A stretch of 64,000 nucleotides of DNA from an uncultured Muribaculaceae bacterium. GTDB taxonomy: Bacteria; Bacteroidota; Bacteroidia; Bacteroidales; UBA932. Every line of letters starts with the position of its first letter. The first letter of the stretch is position 1. Both the position numbers and the translations under genes were made by a program. The notes under the pieces are model-generated. The model saw only the letters and a program-made list of their open reading frames with translations, searched no databases and had not been told where the DNA came from. Below, piece by piece: positions 18,494-28,816 of the stretch. Where the stretch lies: assembly GCA_964391955.1 (NCBI GenBank), contig CAYMOB010000005.1:39519-103518 (forward strand), given 5' to 3'.

Positions 18494-20935
18494 CTATCTC
18501 AATGTGGCTCCGTACTCGTTCTGGAAAGTGGAGAGAATCTTCTTCATTATCCGCTCCACATCCTCGTCCGTCAACGTCTTCTCCGAATCCTGAAGGACAA
18601 ATCCCAAAGCGTACTGCTTCTTGCCCTCAGGAATCTTGTCGCCGCGGTATACATCGAAAAGCGTGACCTGCTTAAGAAGCCTCTTGCCGGCCTTGACCGC
18701 GCTTTTGTAAAGATCTGAGTAGCTGACGCTCTCGTCGAGCAACAACGCAAGGTCTCTTCTTACCTCAGGGAACTTAGGCATCTCCCTGAAAGCCACCTTG
18801 TCCCTCTTGACAAGCTGGAACAGGGTGTTCCAGTTAATCTCGGCGGCGAAGACAGGCTGGCGTACTCCGAACCTCTTGGCAAGCGCCGGAGCGACTGTAC
18901 CGACAACGGCAAGCGGAAGGTGCTGTCCAGGCAAGGCATAGGCGACACCCTCACTGAATATGTCAGCAGGAGCCGCCGTTGACTCCATCTGGTAAAGATT
19001 GGCCCCGAAGCGCCTCAGGAGAAGATCGACATAGCCCTTCAGCACGAAGAAACTGCTCTTGCCCGGCTGAAGATTCCAAGACTTTTCCGGAGTACCTGTG
19101 ACGAACATCGAGAAAGCCGGATGCTCCTCGTAGGAGTCCAGCGTCTTGCCGTCCTTTTCAGGATCACGGCTGTAAACCGAGCCGTATTCAAAGAGTTTCA
19201 TCGAGGAAATCTGGCGGTTCACGTTGTAGGCGACAACCTCCAGTCCGCTGAATATCAGGGTCTGTCTCATCACATTGAGATCCGAGCTGAGAGGATTGAC
19301 AATCGCCACGCTCCTCTCCTCAGGATAAGCCGTAAGACCCTTGTAGTAGGATCCCTTGGTGAGGGAATTGTTCATTATCTCAACGAATCCGTTGGCCGCC
19401 AAGAAGTTGGAAATCCCGTTGCGTATCGCCTCCGGCTCAGGTGAAGGGGTGGCGTTGACGGACATCTTCATATGATGCGGGAGGTCGATGTTGTTGTAAC
19501 CGTAAATTCGGAGAATCTCCTCGACCACGTCACATTCCCTTGTCACGTCAATCATATACGAAGGAGCCGCCACTTTGGCCCCGTCCCCGCGCCTCTCGAT
19601 GAACTCATAGGTGAGAGCCGTAAGAATCCTCTCGATCGCATCGTGTCCTATCTTCTTGCCGATGAACCTTTCAATGCGGTCGTAATCAAGGTCAATGACC
19701 TTCTTTTCAATCCTGTCCGGGTAGAACTCCTCGATTCCGCCGACAATCTCTCCGCCGGCAACCTCCTTGATAAGAAGGGCGGCGCGTTTGGCGGCATATT
19801 CATTGATTCCGGGATCGGCCCCTCTCTCGTAGCGGAAAGAGGCGTCGGTCTGAAGCGTGTGTCTCTTGGATGTCTTCCGGATGGAGCCTGGATCAAAATA
19901 GGCGCTCTCGACGAAGACATTCACGGTCTCGCCTGTAACACCCGAGTCTACGCCGCCGAACACTCCGGCTATGCACATAGGGCCGTCCGAATTGGCGATG
20001 ACGATGTCATCCGCGGAAAGCTTCCTCTCCGCCTCGTCCAGAGTGACGATCCTTTCACCCTCGGCGGCTCTTCTGACAATCACCTTACCGCCGCTGATCT
20101 TGTCGGCGTCGAAAGTGTGGAGAGGCTGGCCAAGCTCGAAAAGGACGAAATTGGACACGTCCACCACATTGTCGATAGGACGCAATCCAATGGACATAAG
20201 CTTCTTCTGAAGCCATTCCGGTGACGGGCCGACCTTCACGCCCCTGATGGTGATTCCGCAATAGCGCGGAGCCGCGGACGGATCCTGAACCTCCACTGGT
20301 ATTCCTTTACCCTCACCCGGCCTCCAGGCATCCACGGACGGATAATTGAAAGAGCAAGGAATATTGTTGAGCGTCATCCATGCATAGAGGTCACGAGCCA
20401 CTCCGATGTGCGAGGCCGCATCCACCCTGTTGGCCGTGATTTCATATTCAATGACAGCCTCGGTCTTGAGATGAAGATACTCCTTCGCAGAGGTCCCGAC
20501 CGGAGCGTCGGCAGGGAGAACCTTGATGCCGGCGTGGTCGTTGCCGATTCCGAGTTCGTCCTCGGCGCAGATCATTCCGAATGACTCCACACCGCGGATC
20601 TTGGATTTCTTGATCTTGAAATCTCCAGGAAGCACAGAACCGATTCTTGCAAAGAGAACCTTCTGCCCCGCGGCGACATTAGGAGCGCCGCATACAACGG
20701 TAAGAGGCTCACCCGTACCGTCATCCACCTTTGTGACGTGAAGGTGATCCGAATCAGGATGCGCCTCGCACTCAAGTACTTCGGCGACCACCACTCCGGC
20801 GAGTCCGCCCGGAATCTCCTCCTGTTCCTCCACCGAGTCAACCTCGATGCCGACCGCTGTCATAGCCTCCGCTATCTGCTGCGGAGTGAGGTCGGACACG
20901 AGATAATCCTTTAGCCAATTGTAAGAAAGCTTCAT
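18494..20935 (-). CDS. pheT: phenylalanine--tRNA ligase beta subunit
   Basis: 813 aa; MKLSYNWLKDYL N-terminus, tRNA-binding, B3/4, B5 and FDX-ACB layout. Confidence 0.95.
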   Translation of the reverse strand: MKLSYNWLKDYLVSDLTPQQIAEAMTAVGIEVDSVEEQEEIPGGLAGVVVAEVLECEAHPDSDHLHVTKVDDGTGEPLTVVCGAPNVAAGQKVLFARIGSVLPGDFKIKKSKIRGVESFGMICAEDELGIGNDHAGIKVLPADAPVGTSAKEYLHLKTEAVIEYEITANRVDAASHIGVARDLYAWMTLNNIPCSFNYPSVDAWRPGEGKGIPVEVQDPSAAPRYCGITIRGVKVGPSPEWLQKKLMSIGLRPIDNVVDVSNFVLFELGQPLHTFDADKISGGKVIVRRAAEGERIVTLDEAERKLSADDIVIANSDGPMCIAGVFGGVDSGVTGETVNVFVESAYFDPGSIRKTSKRHTLQTDASFRYERGADPGINEYAAKRAALLIKEVAGGEIVGGIEEFYPDRIEKKVIDLDYDRIERFIGKKIGHDAIERILTALTYEFIERRGDGAKVAAPSYMIDVTRECDVVEEILRIYGYNNIDLPHHMKMSVNATPSPEPEAIRNGISNFLAANGFVEIMNNSLTKGSYYKGLTAYPEERSVAIVNPLSSDLNVMRQTLIFSGLEVVAYNVNRQISSMKLFEYGSVYSRDPEKDGKTLDSYEEHPAFSMFVTGTPEKSWNLQPGKSSFFVLKGYVDLLLRRFGANLYQMESTAAPADIFSEGVAYALPGQHLPLAVVGTVAPALAKRFGVRQPVFAAEINWNTLFQLVKRDKVAFREMPKFPEVRRDLALLLDESVSYSDLYKSAVKAGKRLLKQVTLFDVYRGDKIPEGKKQYALGFVLQDSEKTLTDEDVERIMKKILSTFQNEYGATLR

Positions 20936-20947
20936 ATTTCCAATGTT

Positions 20948-21880
20948 TTATCTGTCTATATCTTCACGTGAGAACAAAGAGCCCACGAATTCCTTTTTGT
21001 CAAAAGGCTTGAGGTCGTCTATTCCCTCGCCTATGCCGATGAATTTGACCGGCACCTTAAGCTGGTCGACGATTCCGATGACCACGCCGCCCTTCGCCGT
21101 GCCGTCAAGTTTGGTGATGACCAAAGAAGTGATGTCAGTAGCCTTGGAAAACTCCTTGGCCTGCTGGTAGGCGTTCTGACCGGTGGATGCGTCAAGCACA
21201 AGAAGCACTTCATGCGGAGCGTCAGGAATCACCTTCCGCATCACATTGCGGATCTTGGTCAGCTCGTTCATCAAGTCAATCCTGTTATGGAGTCTGCCGG
21301 CGGTGTCTATAAGGACCACGTCCGCACCTTTGGCCACAGCCGACTTCACCGTGTCGAAAGCCACCGAGGCAGGGTCGGACCCCATCCCCTGCTTGACAAT
21401 CTCGACACCCGCCCGCTCGGCCCAGATCTGTATCTGATCCACGGCAGCGGCCCTGAAGGTGTCAGCCGCACCAATCATAACTTTCTTGCCCATAGCCTTA
21501 TAGCGGGCGGCAAGCTTACCGATGGTCGTTGTCTTCCCCACGCCGTTCACTCCGACCACCATGACAACAAGAGGCTTCTTCGCCAAATCAAAAGGCTCCT
21601 TGGGAGACTCATCCCCGTCAACATTCAGAAGAGACCCGATTTCATCCCTGAGCATGGCTACCAGTTCGTCAAAGGACATATACTTGTCCCTGCCGACCCT
21701 CTCCTCAAGGCTATCGACAATCTTGAGGGTTGTGTCAACTCCCATATCCGAAGCCACAAGCGCCTCCTCTATAGCGTCAAGAACCGTGTCATCCACCTTG
21801 GACTTGCCCATAATAGACCTGGAAAGCCTCTGGAAGAAGCCCTCCTTAGTCTTCTTGACTCCTCTGTCAAACAATCCCAT
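20948..21880 (-). CDS. ftsY: signal recognition particle receptor FtsY
   Basis: GVNGVGKTTTIGKLA, DTAGR, TKLDGTAKGG SRP-GTPase motifs. Confidence 0.95.
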   Translation of the reverse strand: MGLFDRGVKKTKEGFFQRLSRSIMGKSKVDDTVLDAIEEALVASDMGVDTTLKIVDSLEERVGRDKYMSFDELVAMLRDEIGSLLNVDGDESPKEPFDLAKKPLVVMVVGVNGVGKTTTIGKLAARYKAMGKKVMIGAADTFRAAAVDQIQIWAERAGVEIVKQGMGSDPASVAFDTVKSAVAKGADVVLIDTAGRLHNRIDLMNELTKIRNVMRKVIPDAPHEVLLVLDASTGQNAYQQAKEFSKATDITSLVITKLDGTAKGGVVIGIVDQLKVPVKFIGIGEGIDDLKPFDKKEFVGSLFSREDIDR

Positions 21881-21901
21881 AACTTCTTGTTTTATATCTT
21901 A

Positions 21902-21909
21902 CAAATTTA
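21902..21909 (-). promoter_or_regulatory. candidate -7 box TAAATTTG upstream of ftsY
   Basis: Reverse complement of CAAATTTA, 21 nt upstream of ATG 21880. Confidence 0.4.
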
Positions 21910-21940
21910 GTGAAAACCGAGTGCAATACGAAATTTATTT

Positions 21941-22054
21941 AGAAGCCTCGTAAATTTCTTTATCAGAAACTTTGAGGGGATAAATCCAGGCGGTTTCGAC
22001 GGATTTCCGAGGAATAGAGCGGCGCCGCCTGACGAGACAGCCGGAAAAAATGAC
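21941..22054. repeat. intergenic repeat, copy B
   Basis: Aligns with 11561-11676. Confidence 0.6.
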
Positions 22055-22189
22055 CGGAGACGCACTGACCGTAGTCTTCCTTGAACACTGCGGTGACAGG
22101 ACGCACACGGAATCGGACTGATTTTTGCAGCGAGAAATGTCCGTTGCAGACAAGCTCCCCAGAACACATAACAACAAATAAAATAATCT

Positions 22190-22624
22190 ATGAAAAGTAA
22201 TCTTAAAAAAACACTTGGCGCGATCGCCGCGGTAATGCTTGCATTAACTTGTCAGGAATCTTTTTGCCAGACAGTCAAAAACGCAAGCGACAAGACAATC
22301 GGCTATGTCCAATCCGACGGCAGGGTTCAGGACAGCTCACGCCGGACCATCGGTTACATCAAGTCTGACGGCACGATCCAGAACTCTTCGAACAAGACAG
22401 TCGGCAGGCTGAAAAGCGACGGTACGGTACAGGACGCCTCCTACAGGACAATAGGGGAAATCAGGAGCGACGGCACAGTACGAGGCAAGGGAGGCAAAGT
22501 ACTCGGATATGTAAAGAACGGGGGGAAAGTAGAGGACTCATCCCATCGCACCATAGGGCGCGTGTCGGGTGTTCCGGCGAAAAAGGCCGCCATCTATTTC
22601 TTCTTCAATTTTTTCAAGTCATAG
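22190..22624 (+). CDS. secreted protein built of 17-aa tandem repeats
   Basis: Signal peptide, then about 5.6 units of xSx[RK]T[IV]Gx[IV]xSDGx[IV]x[DN], then an aromatic tail AAIYFFFNFF. Confidence 0.6.
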   Translation: MKSNLKKTLGAIAAVMLALTCQESFCQTVKNASDKTIGYVQSDGRVQDSSRRTIGYIKSDGTIQNSSNKTVGRLKSDGTVQDASYRTIGEIRSDGTVRGKGGKVLGYVKNGGKVEDSSHRTIGRVSGVPAKKAAIYFFFNFFKS

Positions 22625-22685
22625 GGACGACGGCAGCCCATTCCTGCCTGACAAGGCAACGGCAACGGGTCGATGCAGGGGTCAC

Positions 22686-22720
22686 AAAAAAGCGCAGGCG
22701 GAATCCGCCTGCGCTTTTTT
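22686..22720. terminator. bidirectional intrinsic terminator
   Basis: AAAAAAGCGCAGGCGG-AAT-CCGCCTGCGCTTTTTT. Confidence 0.7.
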
Positions 22721-22739
22721 ATCATATTAACGGGGAAAA

Positions 22740-22901
22740 CTACTTCTTGTCAGTAAAGAAATCCTTGGTCTTTTCAGCCTCGACGAAAAGCTCGGTGAAT
22801 ACGTAAGCTCCTGTCTTAGGTGACTTGTCCATACGGATGCACTTCACCATACTCTTTGCGCCAGCCTTGGCGGCGAATGTAGCGACTGCTTTCTTTGCCA
22901 T
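22740..22901 (-). CDS. DUF4295-like small protein (not in ORF track, 53 aa)
   Basis: Hand translation MAKKAVATFAAKAGAKSMVKCIRMDKSPKTGAYVFTELFVEAEKTKDFFTDKK. It sits directly after rpmG, as is typical in Bacteroidota. Confidence 0.7.
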   Translation of the reverse strand: MAKKAVATFAAKAGAKSMVKCIRMDKSPKTGAYVFTELFVEAEKTKDFFTDKK

Positions 22902-22918
22902 AGTCTATATCTCCAAAT

Positions 22919-23107
22919 TTACTTGATTTCACGATGAACAGTCACCTTGTGGAGGTAAGGATTGTACTTCTTGCGTTCCAGGCGCTCAGGCGTGTTCTTT
23001 TTGTTCTTGGTCGTGATGTACCTTGAGATTCCCGGCACACCGCTTGCTTTCTGCTCTGTGCATTCAAGGATGACCTGCACCCTGTTTCCTTTTGCTTTCT
23101 TTGCCAT
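22919..23107 (-). CDS. rpmG: 50S ribosomal protein L33
   Basis: 62 aa; [20 protein letters not shown]...YITTKNKKN. Confidence 0.95.
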   Translation of the reverse strand: MAKKAKGNRVQVILECTEQKASGVPGISRYITTKNKKNTPERLERKKYNPYLHKVTVHREIK

Positions 23108-23120
23108 AACTCAATAGATT

Positions 23121-23363
23121 TTAAACAAGGCCGACATATCCTTTAGCCTGAGCCTCTCTGAGAGCGGCGTCAAGGCCTTTCTTCTCGATGGTCCTCATTC
23201 CCTTGCAGGAAACCTTCAGTGTGATGAACCTCTGCTCAGCCTCTGACCAGAATTTCTTGGTCTTAAGGTTGAGGGCGAACTCGCGCTTGGTGCGAAGCTT
23301 TGAGTGAGCGACATTGTTGCCGATCATTCTCTTTCGTCCTGTGATTTGACAAACTTTTGCCAT
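23121..23363 (-). CDS. rpmB: 50S ribosomal protein L28
   Basis: 80 aa; MAKVCQITGRKRMIGNNVAHSKLRTKR. Confidence 0.95.
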   Translation of the reverse strand: MAKVCQITGRKRMIGNNVAHSKLRTKREFALNLKTKKFWSEAEQRFITLKVSCKGMRTIEKKGLDAALREAQAKGYVGLV

Positions 23364-23443
23364 AATATTTTACTTTTTTTATTGATTCAAAACAAATTGC
23401 GGGGCTGCAAATTTCGCTCTAAATTTTCAGAATCGCAAATAAT

Positions 23444-24790
23444 TCAGACAAATTTGAAGAATCTGCGCCACCGGATATTATTTGGGAACTTACGACCGGC
23501 ATCTGTCGACAGCCAGATCAAAGCCGGCCTTCCGACGATGTGGTCTTCAGGAACGAATCCCCAGTACCTTGAGTCAAGGGAATTGTGCCTGTTGTCTCCC
23601 ATCATAAAATAGTAGTCCATTTCAAAAGTGTAACTTGAAGTCTCCTTCCCGTCGATGAATATCTTTCCGTCGTCCCCAACCTTAAGCTCGTGCCCTTCGT
23701 AAACGGAGATAATCCTCTCGTAAAGCGGAAGACTTTCCTCCGTCAGGCTGACGGTCGCTCCTTTCTCAGGAATCCAAAGCGGACCGTAATTGTCACGTGT
23801 CCACCTGAAATTCTCCGTGAACGGGAAAAGGCTGAGATAGGAGTCCGGATAATCCGGAGGATAGACATCCAGATTAGGTTCCACACTCACGACCGACTTG
23901 ATCTTTCCTACCTCCTCAAGCATACTCTGCGTCAGAGGCATAGCCGGATATCCCGGCAGGCCGCCGTCAAAATAGAGCTCTTTCAGATTGAGACCCATCT
24001 TTTCGAGAGTCCTGGAATTGATCCTGCCGCCGGTTGTGACAACCGAATAGGAAAGCTGAATTCCCGGATAGACCTCCTGCTTCCCGCCGTTGATGAAGAC
24101 AAGGCCGTCGATTACAGAGAGAGAGTCGCCCGGTACGGCCACGCATCTCTTGACATAATGGTCTTTCTTGTCTACTGGACGGACTTTGAGCGGGCCGCCG
24201 TTTGCGACCGCGAAGTCTTTGCCGGCCTTTCTGACCCAAGAGTAGTAATCCTCGGACGGGAAACTGGACAGAACCGTGTCACCGTCAGGGAAATTGAACA
24301 CCACATAATCCCCTCTTCTGACATTCCTGAATCCCTTAAGACGACGGTAGTCATTCTGTATCAAGGTCGAATACGACTCCTTGCCGAAGATGACATTGTG
24401 TGTGAAAGGGATGGTAAGCGGCGTCTGGGGAACCTTGGGACCGAAAGTCATTTTGCTGACGAAGAGATGATCTCCCGTAAAGAGGGAACTCTCCATCGAG
24501 GATGAAGGAATCTTGAAGGCTTGAAAAAAGAATATGTTGATGAACGTCACGACAACGACAGCGAATATTATGGCGTCAAGCCAATCGAGCAAAGCGTTAC
24601 GTTTCTCCCCCTCCTTGTACTCCTTCTTCCAGAACAACCACTTCACCTTTCGGGTTATGTGATGGTCGAAGATGACGGCAAGGCCGAAGAGCCACCAATA
24701 ATTTCCAAGCCAGATCACCCACAGCACATAGAGAACGGACCAGAAGCCCATCCTTACCCATTTGTTGTGGTATGTTTCCCTCAAGCTCAC
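23444..24790 (-). CDS. lepB: signal peptidase I
   Basis: SSSMESSL catalytic Ser box, GDNRHNSLDSRYWGFVPEDHIVGRP. The track start is GTG; alternative ATG at 24751. Confidence 0.9.
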   Translation of the reverse strand: MSLRETYHNKWVRMGFWSVLYVLWVIWLGNYWWLFGLAVIFDHHITRKVKWLFWKKEYKEGEKRNALLDWLDAIIFAVVVVTFINIFFFQAFKIPSSSMESSLFTGDHLFVSKMTFGPKVPQTPLTIPFTHNVIFGKESYSTLIQNDYRRLKGFRNVRRGDYVVFNFPDGDTVLSSFPSEDYYSWVRKAGKDFAVANGGPLKVRPVDKKDHYVKRCVAVPGDSLSVIDGLVFINGGKQEVYPGIQLSYSVVTTGGRINSRTLEKMGLNLKELYFDGGLPGYPAMPLTQSMLEEVGKIKSVVSVEPNLDVYPPDYPDSYLSLFPFTENFRWTRDNYGPLWIPEKGATVSLTEESLPLYERIISVYEGHELKVGDDGKIFIDGKETSSYTFEMDYYFMMGDNRHNSLDSRYWGFVPEDHIVGRPALIWLSTDAGRKFPNNIRWRRFFKFV

Positions 24791-24800
24791 TTTCCAGACA

Positions 24801-25145
24801 CTATTTTACAGAATTGACGATTGCTTCGAACGCCTGTGGATTGTTCATAGCGAGGTCAGCGAGAACCTTACGGTTGAGACCGATGTTCTGCTTTGCGAGC
24901 TTGCCCATAAACTGGGAGTAAGAGATGCCGTACTGACGGGCGGCGGCGTTGATTCTCTGAATCCAGAGGGCACGGAAAGTACGCTTTTTGGCCTTGCGGT
25001 CACGGTAGGCGTAGGTGAGACCTTTCTCGTAAGTGTTTTTCGCTACAGTCCAGACATTCTTTCTGGAAAGGAAATTACCGCGGGTTCTCTTAAGAATCTT
25101 CTTGCGGCGAGCCCTTGAGGCTACTGAATTGACTGATCTTGGCAT
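24801..25145 (-). CDS. rplT: 50S ribosomal protein L20
   Basis: 114 aa; [19 protein letters not shown]...YRDRK. Confidence 0.95.
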   Translation of the reverse strand: MPRSVNSVASRARRKKILKRTRGNFLSRKNVWTVAKNTYEKGLTYAYRDRKAKKRTFRALWIQRINAAARQYGISYSQFMGKLAKQNIGLNRKVLADLAMNNPQAFEAIVNSVK

Positions 25146-25222
25146 AATTTGATCTTTTTCCGGAGGCAGTGACCGCCTGAAGGCGATGCTTTTCTACTGC
25201 GTTCCAAGTTAAACATTAAAAA

Positions 25223-25417
25223 CTACAGGACCAGAAGCTCTTTTACCCTCTTTACATCATCCTGATGAACGAGAGTGAAGTGGTCAAGATTTCTCTTACG
25301 CTTCTTGGTCTTCTTTGTGAGGATGTGGCTGTGATAAGCGTGCTTCCTCTTGATTTTTCCCGATCCGGTAAGCGTGAAACGCTTTTTGGCACCGGAGTTG
25401 GTCTTAAGCTTTGCCAT
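25223..25417 (-). CDS. rpmI: 50S ribosomal protein L35
   Basis: 64 aa; [33 protein letters not shown]. Confidence 0.95.
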   Translation of the reverse strand: MAKLKTNSGAKKRFTLTGSGKIKRKHAYHSHILTKKTKKRKRNLDHFTLVHQDDVKRVKELLVL

Positions 25418-25463
25418 TGTTTTAAAAAATTAAACGTTAATATTGTACACCGCGTCAAGCGGA

Positions 25464-26093
25464 TTACTTTTTCTTTATCGGAGCGATCATCATCGTCATC
25501 CTTTTTCCCTCGAGGGCGGGCATATTCTCGGCGCGGCCGTATTCCTCAAGCTCGACGGCGAATCTCAGAAGCTGCTTCTCACCCTGCTCGGCGAACATTA
25601 TCGAACGACCCCGGAAGAATATGGTGGCCTTCACCTTGGAGCCCTCCTCAAGGAATTCCTGAGCGTGCTTGAGCTTGAACTGGAAGTCGTGCTCGTCAGT
25701 GTTAGGGCCGAAGCGGATTTCCTTGATGACAATCTTGGAGGCGTTCTGCTTCATCTCCTTGGCTTTCTTTCTCTGCTGGTAGAGATACTTCTGATAGTCG
25801 AGGATCTTGCAGACAGGCGGGTCGGCCTTGGCGCTGATCTCAACGAGGTCAAGCTCCTGTTCGTCAGCCATCTTCAAAGCCTTGGAAATCGGGTAGATAC
25901 CCGGCTCAGCGATGTTGTCTCCGACCAGACGGACCTGTGAGGCTGTAATTTCCTCGTTGATGTTCAGCTCATCATCCGCCTTCTGACGGACAAAAGGGCG
26001 AGGGCCCCGTCCCGCAGGCTTGGGTCCCGTGCTTGGTCTGAATCCGGTGGCCGGTCTTGGACCTCCGTAGTGTGGTTTCGGCTTGTAAGGCAT
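25464..26093 (-). CDS. infC: translation initiation factor IF-3
   Basis: [16 protein letters not shown]...KILDYQKY...[13 protein letters not shown]. The ATG start gives a Pro/Gly/Arg-rich N-terminal extension of about 45 aa. Confidence 0.9.
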   Translation of the reverse strand: MPYKPKPHYGGPRPATGFRPSTGPKPAGRGPRPFVRQKADDELNINEEITASQVRLVGDNIAEPGIYPISKALKMADEQELDLVEISAKADPPVCKILDYQKYLYQQRKKAKEMKQNASKIVIKEIRFGPNTDEHDFQFKLKHAQEFLEEGSKVKATIFFRGRSIMFAEQGEKQLLRFAVELEEYGRAENMPALEGKRMTMMIAPIKKK

Positions 26094-26147
26094 TCTGCTC
26101 TGTTTAAAACTCTCCTTTATAATTATACATTAACCGCGGACTCTTCA

Positions 26148-28106
26148 CTACTCCAGCTCCTTGGCCATTTCGGCCTTGAACCAAGCTATAAAGTCGTCCA
26201 CTTTCATAGTGCCGGCATCGGCGCCTTCCCTTCTTACCGAGACTGTGCCGTCCGCAACTTCCTTTTCACCCACGATGACGAGCACCGGAACCCTGAGCTG
26301 GGAAATCTCGCGGATTCTCTTGCCGAGAGTCTCGTTCCTGTCATCCAAAGAAGTGCGAATATCGGAATTATTCAGCAAACCGCAAACTTTTTTTGCATAT
26401 TCCGCATATTTCTCGCTGACAGGAAGCACCTTGATCTGATCCGGACTAAGCCAGAGAGGGAGATGGCCGCCTGTATGCTCGAGGAGAACCGCAGTGAATC
26501 TTTCTATCGATCCGAACGGGGCGCGGTGGATCATGATCGGACGCTTCTTGCCTCCGTCCGCGTCGGTATATTCAAGCTGGAACCTCTCAGGGAGATTGTA
26601 GTCAACCTGAATTGTGCCGAGCTGCCACTTTCTTCCGATGGCGTCCTTGACCATAAAGTCAAGCTTCGGGCCGTAGAACGCGGCCTCGCCGTATTCGACG
26701 ACTGTCTTGAGTCCTTTCTCCGCGGCGGCCTCGATAATGGCGTTCTCAGCCTTGTCCCAGTTCTCGTCGCTTCCGATGTACTTTGCCTTGTTGCCAGGAT
26801 CCCTTAGGGACACCTGGGCAGTGTACTTGTCAAACTTGAATATCCTGAACACATAGAGAATCAGGTCAATGACTTTCTCGAACTCCCCCTTGAGCTGGTC
26901 CGGGGTCACAAACATATGGGCATCGTCCTGAGTGAAGGAACGTACCCTTGTGAGTCCGTGAAGCTCACCGCTCTGCTCGTAGCGATAGACTGTTCCGAAC
27001 TCGGCAAGCCTCAGAGGAAGCTCCTTGTAGGATCTCGGTGAGGAACGGAATATCTCGCAGTGATGAGGGCAGTTCATCGGCTTCAGCATGTATTCCTCAC
27101 CCTCCTGAGGAGTGTGGATCGGCTGGAAGGAGTCCTTGCCGTATTTGGCGTAGTGGCCTGATGTCACGTACAGGTCCTTGCTTCCGATGTGGGGGGTGAC
27201 AACCGGGAGGTAGCCATATTCCTTCTGCTTCCTGCGGAGGAAGCTCTCAAGCTCGTACCTCATCACGGAACCCCTCGGCAGCCACAGAGGCAATCCGAGC
27301 CCGACCCGGGACGAGAACGTGAACAGTTCCATCTCCTTGCCAAGCTTGCGGTGGTCACGCTTCCTGGCCTCCTCGAGTAGAAGGAGGTACTCGTCAAGCA
27401 AGGATTTCTTCGGGAAAGTGATTCCGTAGATTCGGGTAAGCTGCTCGCGCTTCTCGTCTCCGCGCCAATAGGCGCCGGCGATTGCGGTCAGCTTGACGGC
27501 CTTGATGACCTCTGTGTTGCGGAGATGAGGCCCGCGGCAAAGGTCGGTGAAATGACCGTTGGTGTAGTAGGTGATGGCGCCGTCGGCGAGTTCGCCTATC
27601 AGTTCACACTTGTACTTGTCGCCGGACTCCTCGAAATGCTTCAGGGCATCGGCCTTGGACACGTCCTGTCGGACGAAGTCCTGCTTCTCCCGGGCAAGCT
27701 CAAGCATCTTCTTTTCAATCCGGGCGAAGTCGGCGTCGGTGATCTGGCGGCCTCCGAGATCCACGTCATAGTAGAAACCGTTCTCAATGGCCGGTCCGAT
27801 GCCGAACTTGACTCCGGGGAATATGTCTTCCAAGGCCTCGGCCATCAAGTGCGATGACGAGTGCCAGAATACTCTTTTTCCTTCGTCGTCGTCCCATTTC
27901 AGGAGGACGATCGAGCTGTCTTCCTCAATCGGGCGGTTCAGGTCATAGGTGACGCCCTTGCCGGCTGTCTTGTCCGACGCCGGCTTGACCGAAACGGCAA
28001 GGACTTCCTCCGCAAGCCTCGGACTGATGCCCTTGGCTATCTCATACCCCGTCACGCCTTTCTCAAAGGTCCTGACACTACCGTCAGGAAATGTAATGTC
28101 AATCAT
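26148..28106 (-). CDS. thrS: threonine--tRNA ligase
   Basis: 652 aa; TGS domain N-terminus, class II motifs, [11 protein letters not shown]. Confidence 0.95.
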   Translation of the reverse strand: MIDITFPDGSVRTFEKGVTGYEIAKGISPRLAEEVLAVSVKPASDKTAGKGVTYDLNRPIEEDSSIVLLKWDDDEGKRVFWHSSSHLMAEALEDIFPGVKFGIGPAIENGFYYDVDLGGRQITDADFARIEKKMLELAREKQDFVRQDVSKADALKHFEESGDKYKCELIGELADGAITYYTNGHFTDLCRGPHLRNTEVIKAVKLTAIAGAYWRGDEKREQLTRIYGITFPKKSLLDEYLLLLEEARKRDHRKLGKEMELFTFSSRVGLGLPLWLPRGSVMRYELESFLRRKQKEYGYLPVVTPHIGSKDLYVTSGHYAKYGKDSFQPIHTPQEGEEYMLKPMNCPHHCEIFRSSPRSYKELPLRLAEFGTVYRYEQSGELHGLTRVRSFTQDDAHMFVTPDQLKGEFEKVIDLILYVFRIFKFDKYTAQVSLRDPGNKAKYIGSDENWDKAENAIIEAAAEKGLKTVVEYGEAAFYGPKLDFMVKDAIGRKWQLGTIQVDYNLPERFQLEYTDADGGKKRPIMIHRAPFGSIERFTAVLLEHTGGHLPLWLSPDQIKVLPVSEKYAEYAKKVCGLLNNSDIRTSLDDRNETLGKRIREISQLRVPVLVIVGEKEVADGTVSVRREGADAGTMKVDDFIAWFKAEMAKELE

Positions 28107-28241
28107 ACAAAAAAACTAAAATAAATTGGTCTGACCAGTATTTACAGACCAAGTACTTGAACTTGGCCAGCCATATTATTAGCCAAGGGGCAAAGATACG
28201 AATAATTTTGCTAATTTTGCATAAACTAATGTACACGGACA

Positions 28242-28814
28242 ATGAAGAAAGAGTTCTCATCAGGCGTATCCTGGAACAGTGCCGCGGTCGCCGGCCTTCT
28301 GATGGCCTGCGCGACGATAGGAGCCGACTATATCGCGACCCTGCCGGCCCGGCTCGGAGCCGGCGGAGTAATTATATCCTACCTGCTCAAATGCGCTAAG
28401 ATAATAGCCTGCATCTACGTGTTCCGGCTCCTGATGCTTCTCTTTTACAACCGTTTCCGGACCGACTATGCGAAACTGCAGCGTTACGGACTGAAGATCG
28501 CCCTGTTCTCCTCCATCCTTGTGGCGGGATTCTCCCTCGTCCAGATTCTCGTCATAAACCCGGACACGATGACCCAGATCATGCAGGAAGTCGGGAACAC
28601 CTATCAGAATATGATGGATTCCAACAAGATGGCCGCTATGGAGAAGATGATGACAAAGATTCCGGCCATCACTTTCTTCTCCTCACTTATATACTGCTAC
28701 CTTTGGGGATGGATTCTTTCGACCACATTCGCAAGAAGACTCTTCCCGCCTGACCTTTTCGGAGAGAGGCCTCAGGATGACAGCGGCAGCGACGGCAACG
28801 ACAACCTTCAATAG
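28242..28814 (+). CDS. membrane protein, DUF4199-like
   Basis: Four to five TM helices. It precedes a GT2 gene, as in other Bacteroidota. Family from memory. Confidence 0.55.
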   Translation: MKKEFSSGVSWNSAAVAGLLMACATIGADYIATLPARLGAGGVIISYLLKCAKIIACIYVFRLLMLLFYNRFRTDYAKLQRYGLKIALFSSILVAGFSLVQILVINPDTMTQIMQEVGNTYQNMMDSNKMAAMEKMMTKIPAITFFSSLIYCYLWGWILSTTFARRLFPPDLFGERPQDDSGSDGNDNLQ

Positions 28815-28816
28815 TT

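Noticed and set aside
17764-18666. 300-aa plus-strand ORF across the DUF4296-like gene and the pheT 3' end
   Set aside because: It is antisense to two genes with clear signal-peptide and synthetase features. The product is Arg/His-rich low-complexity sequence.
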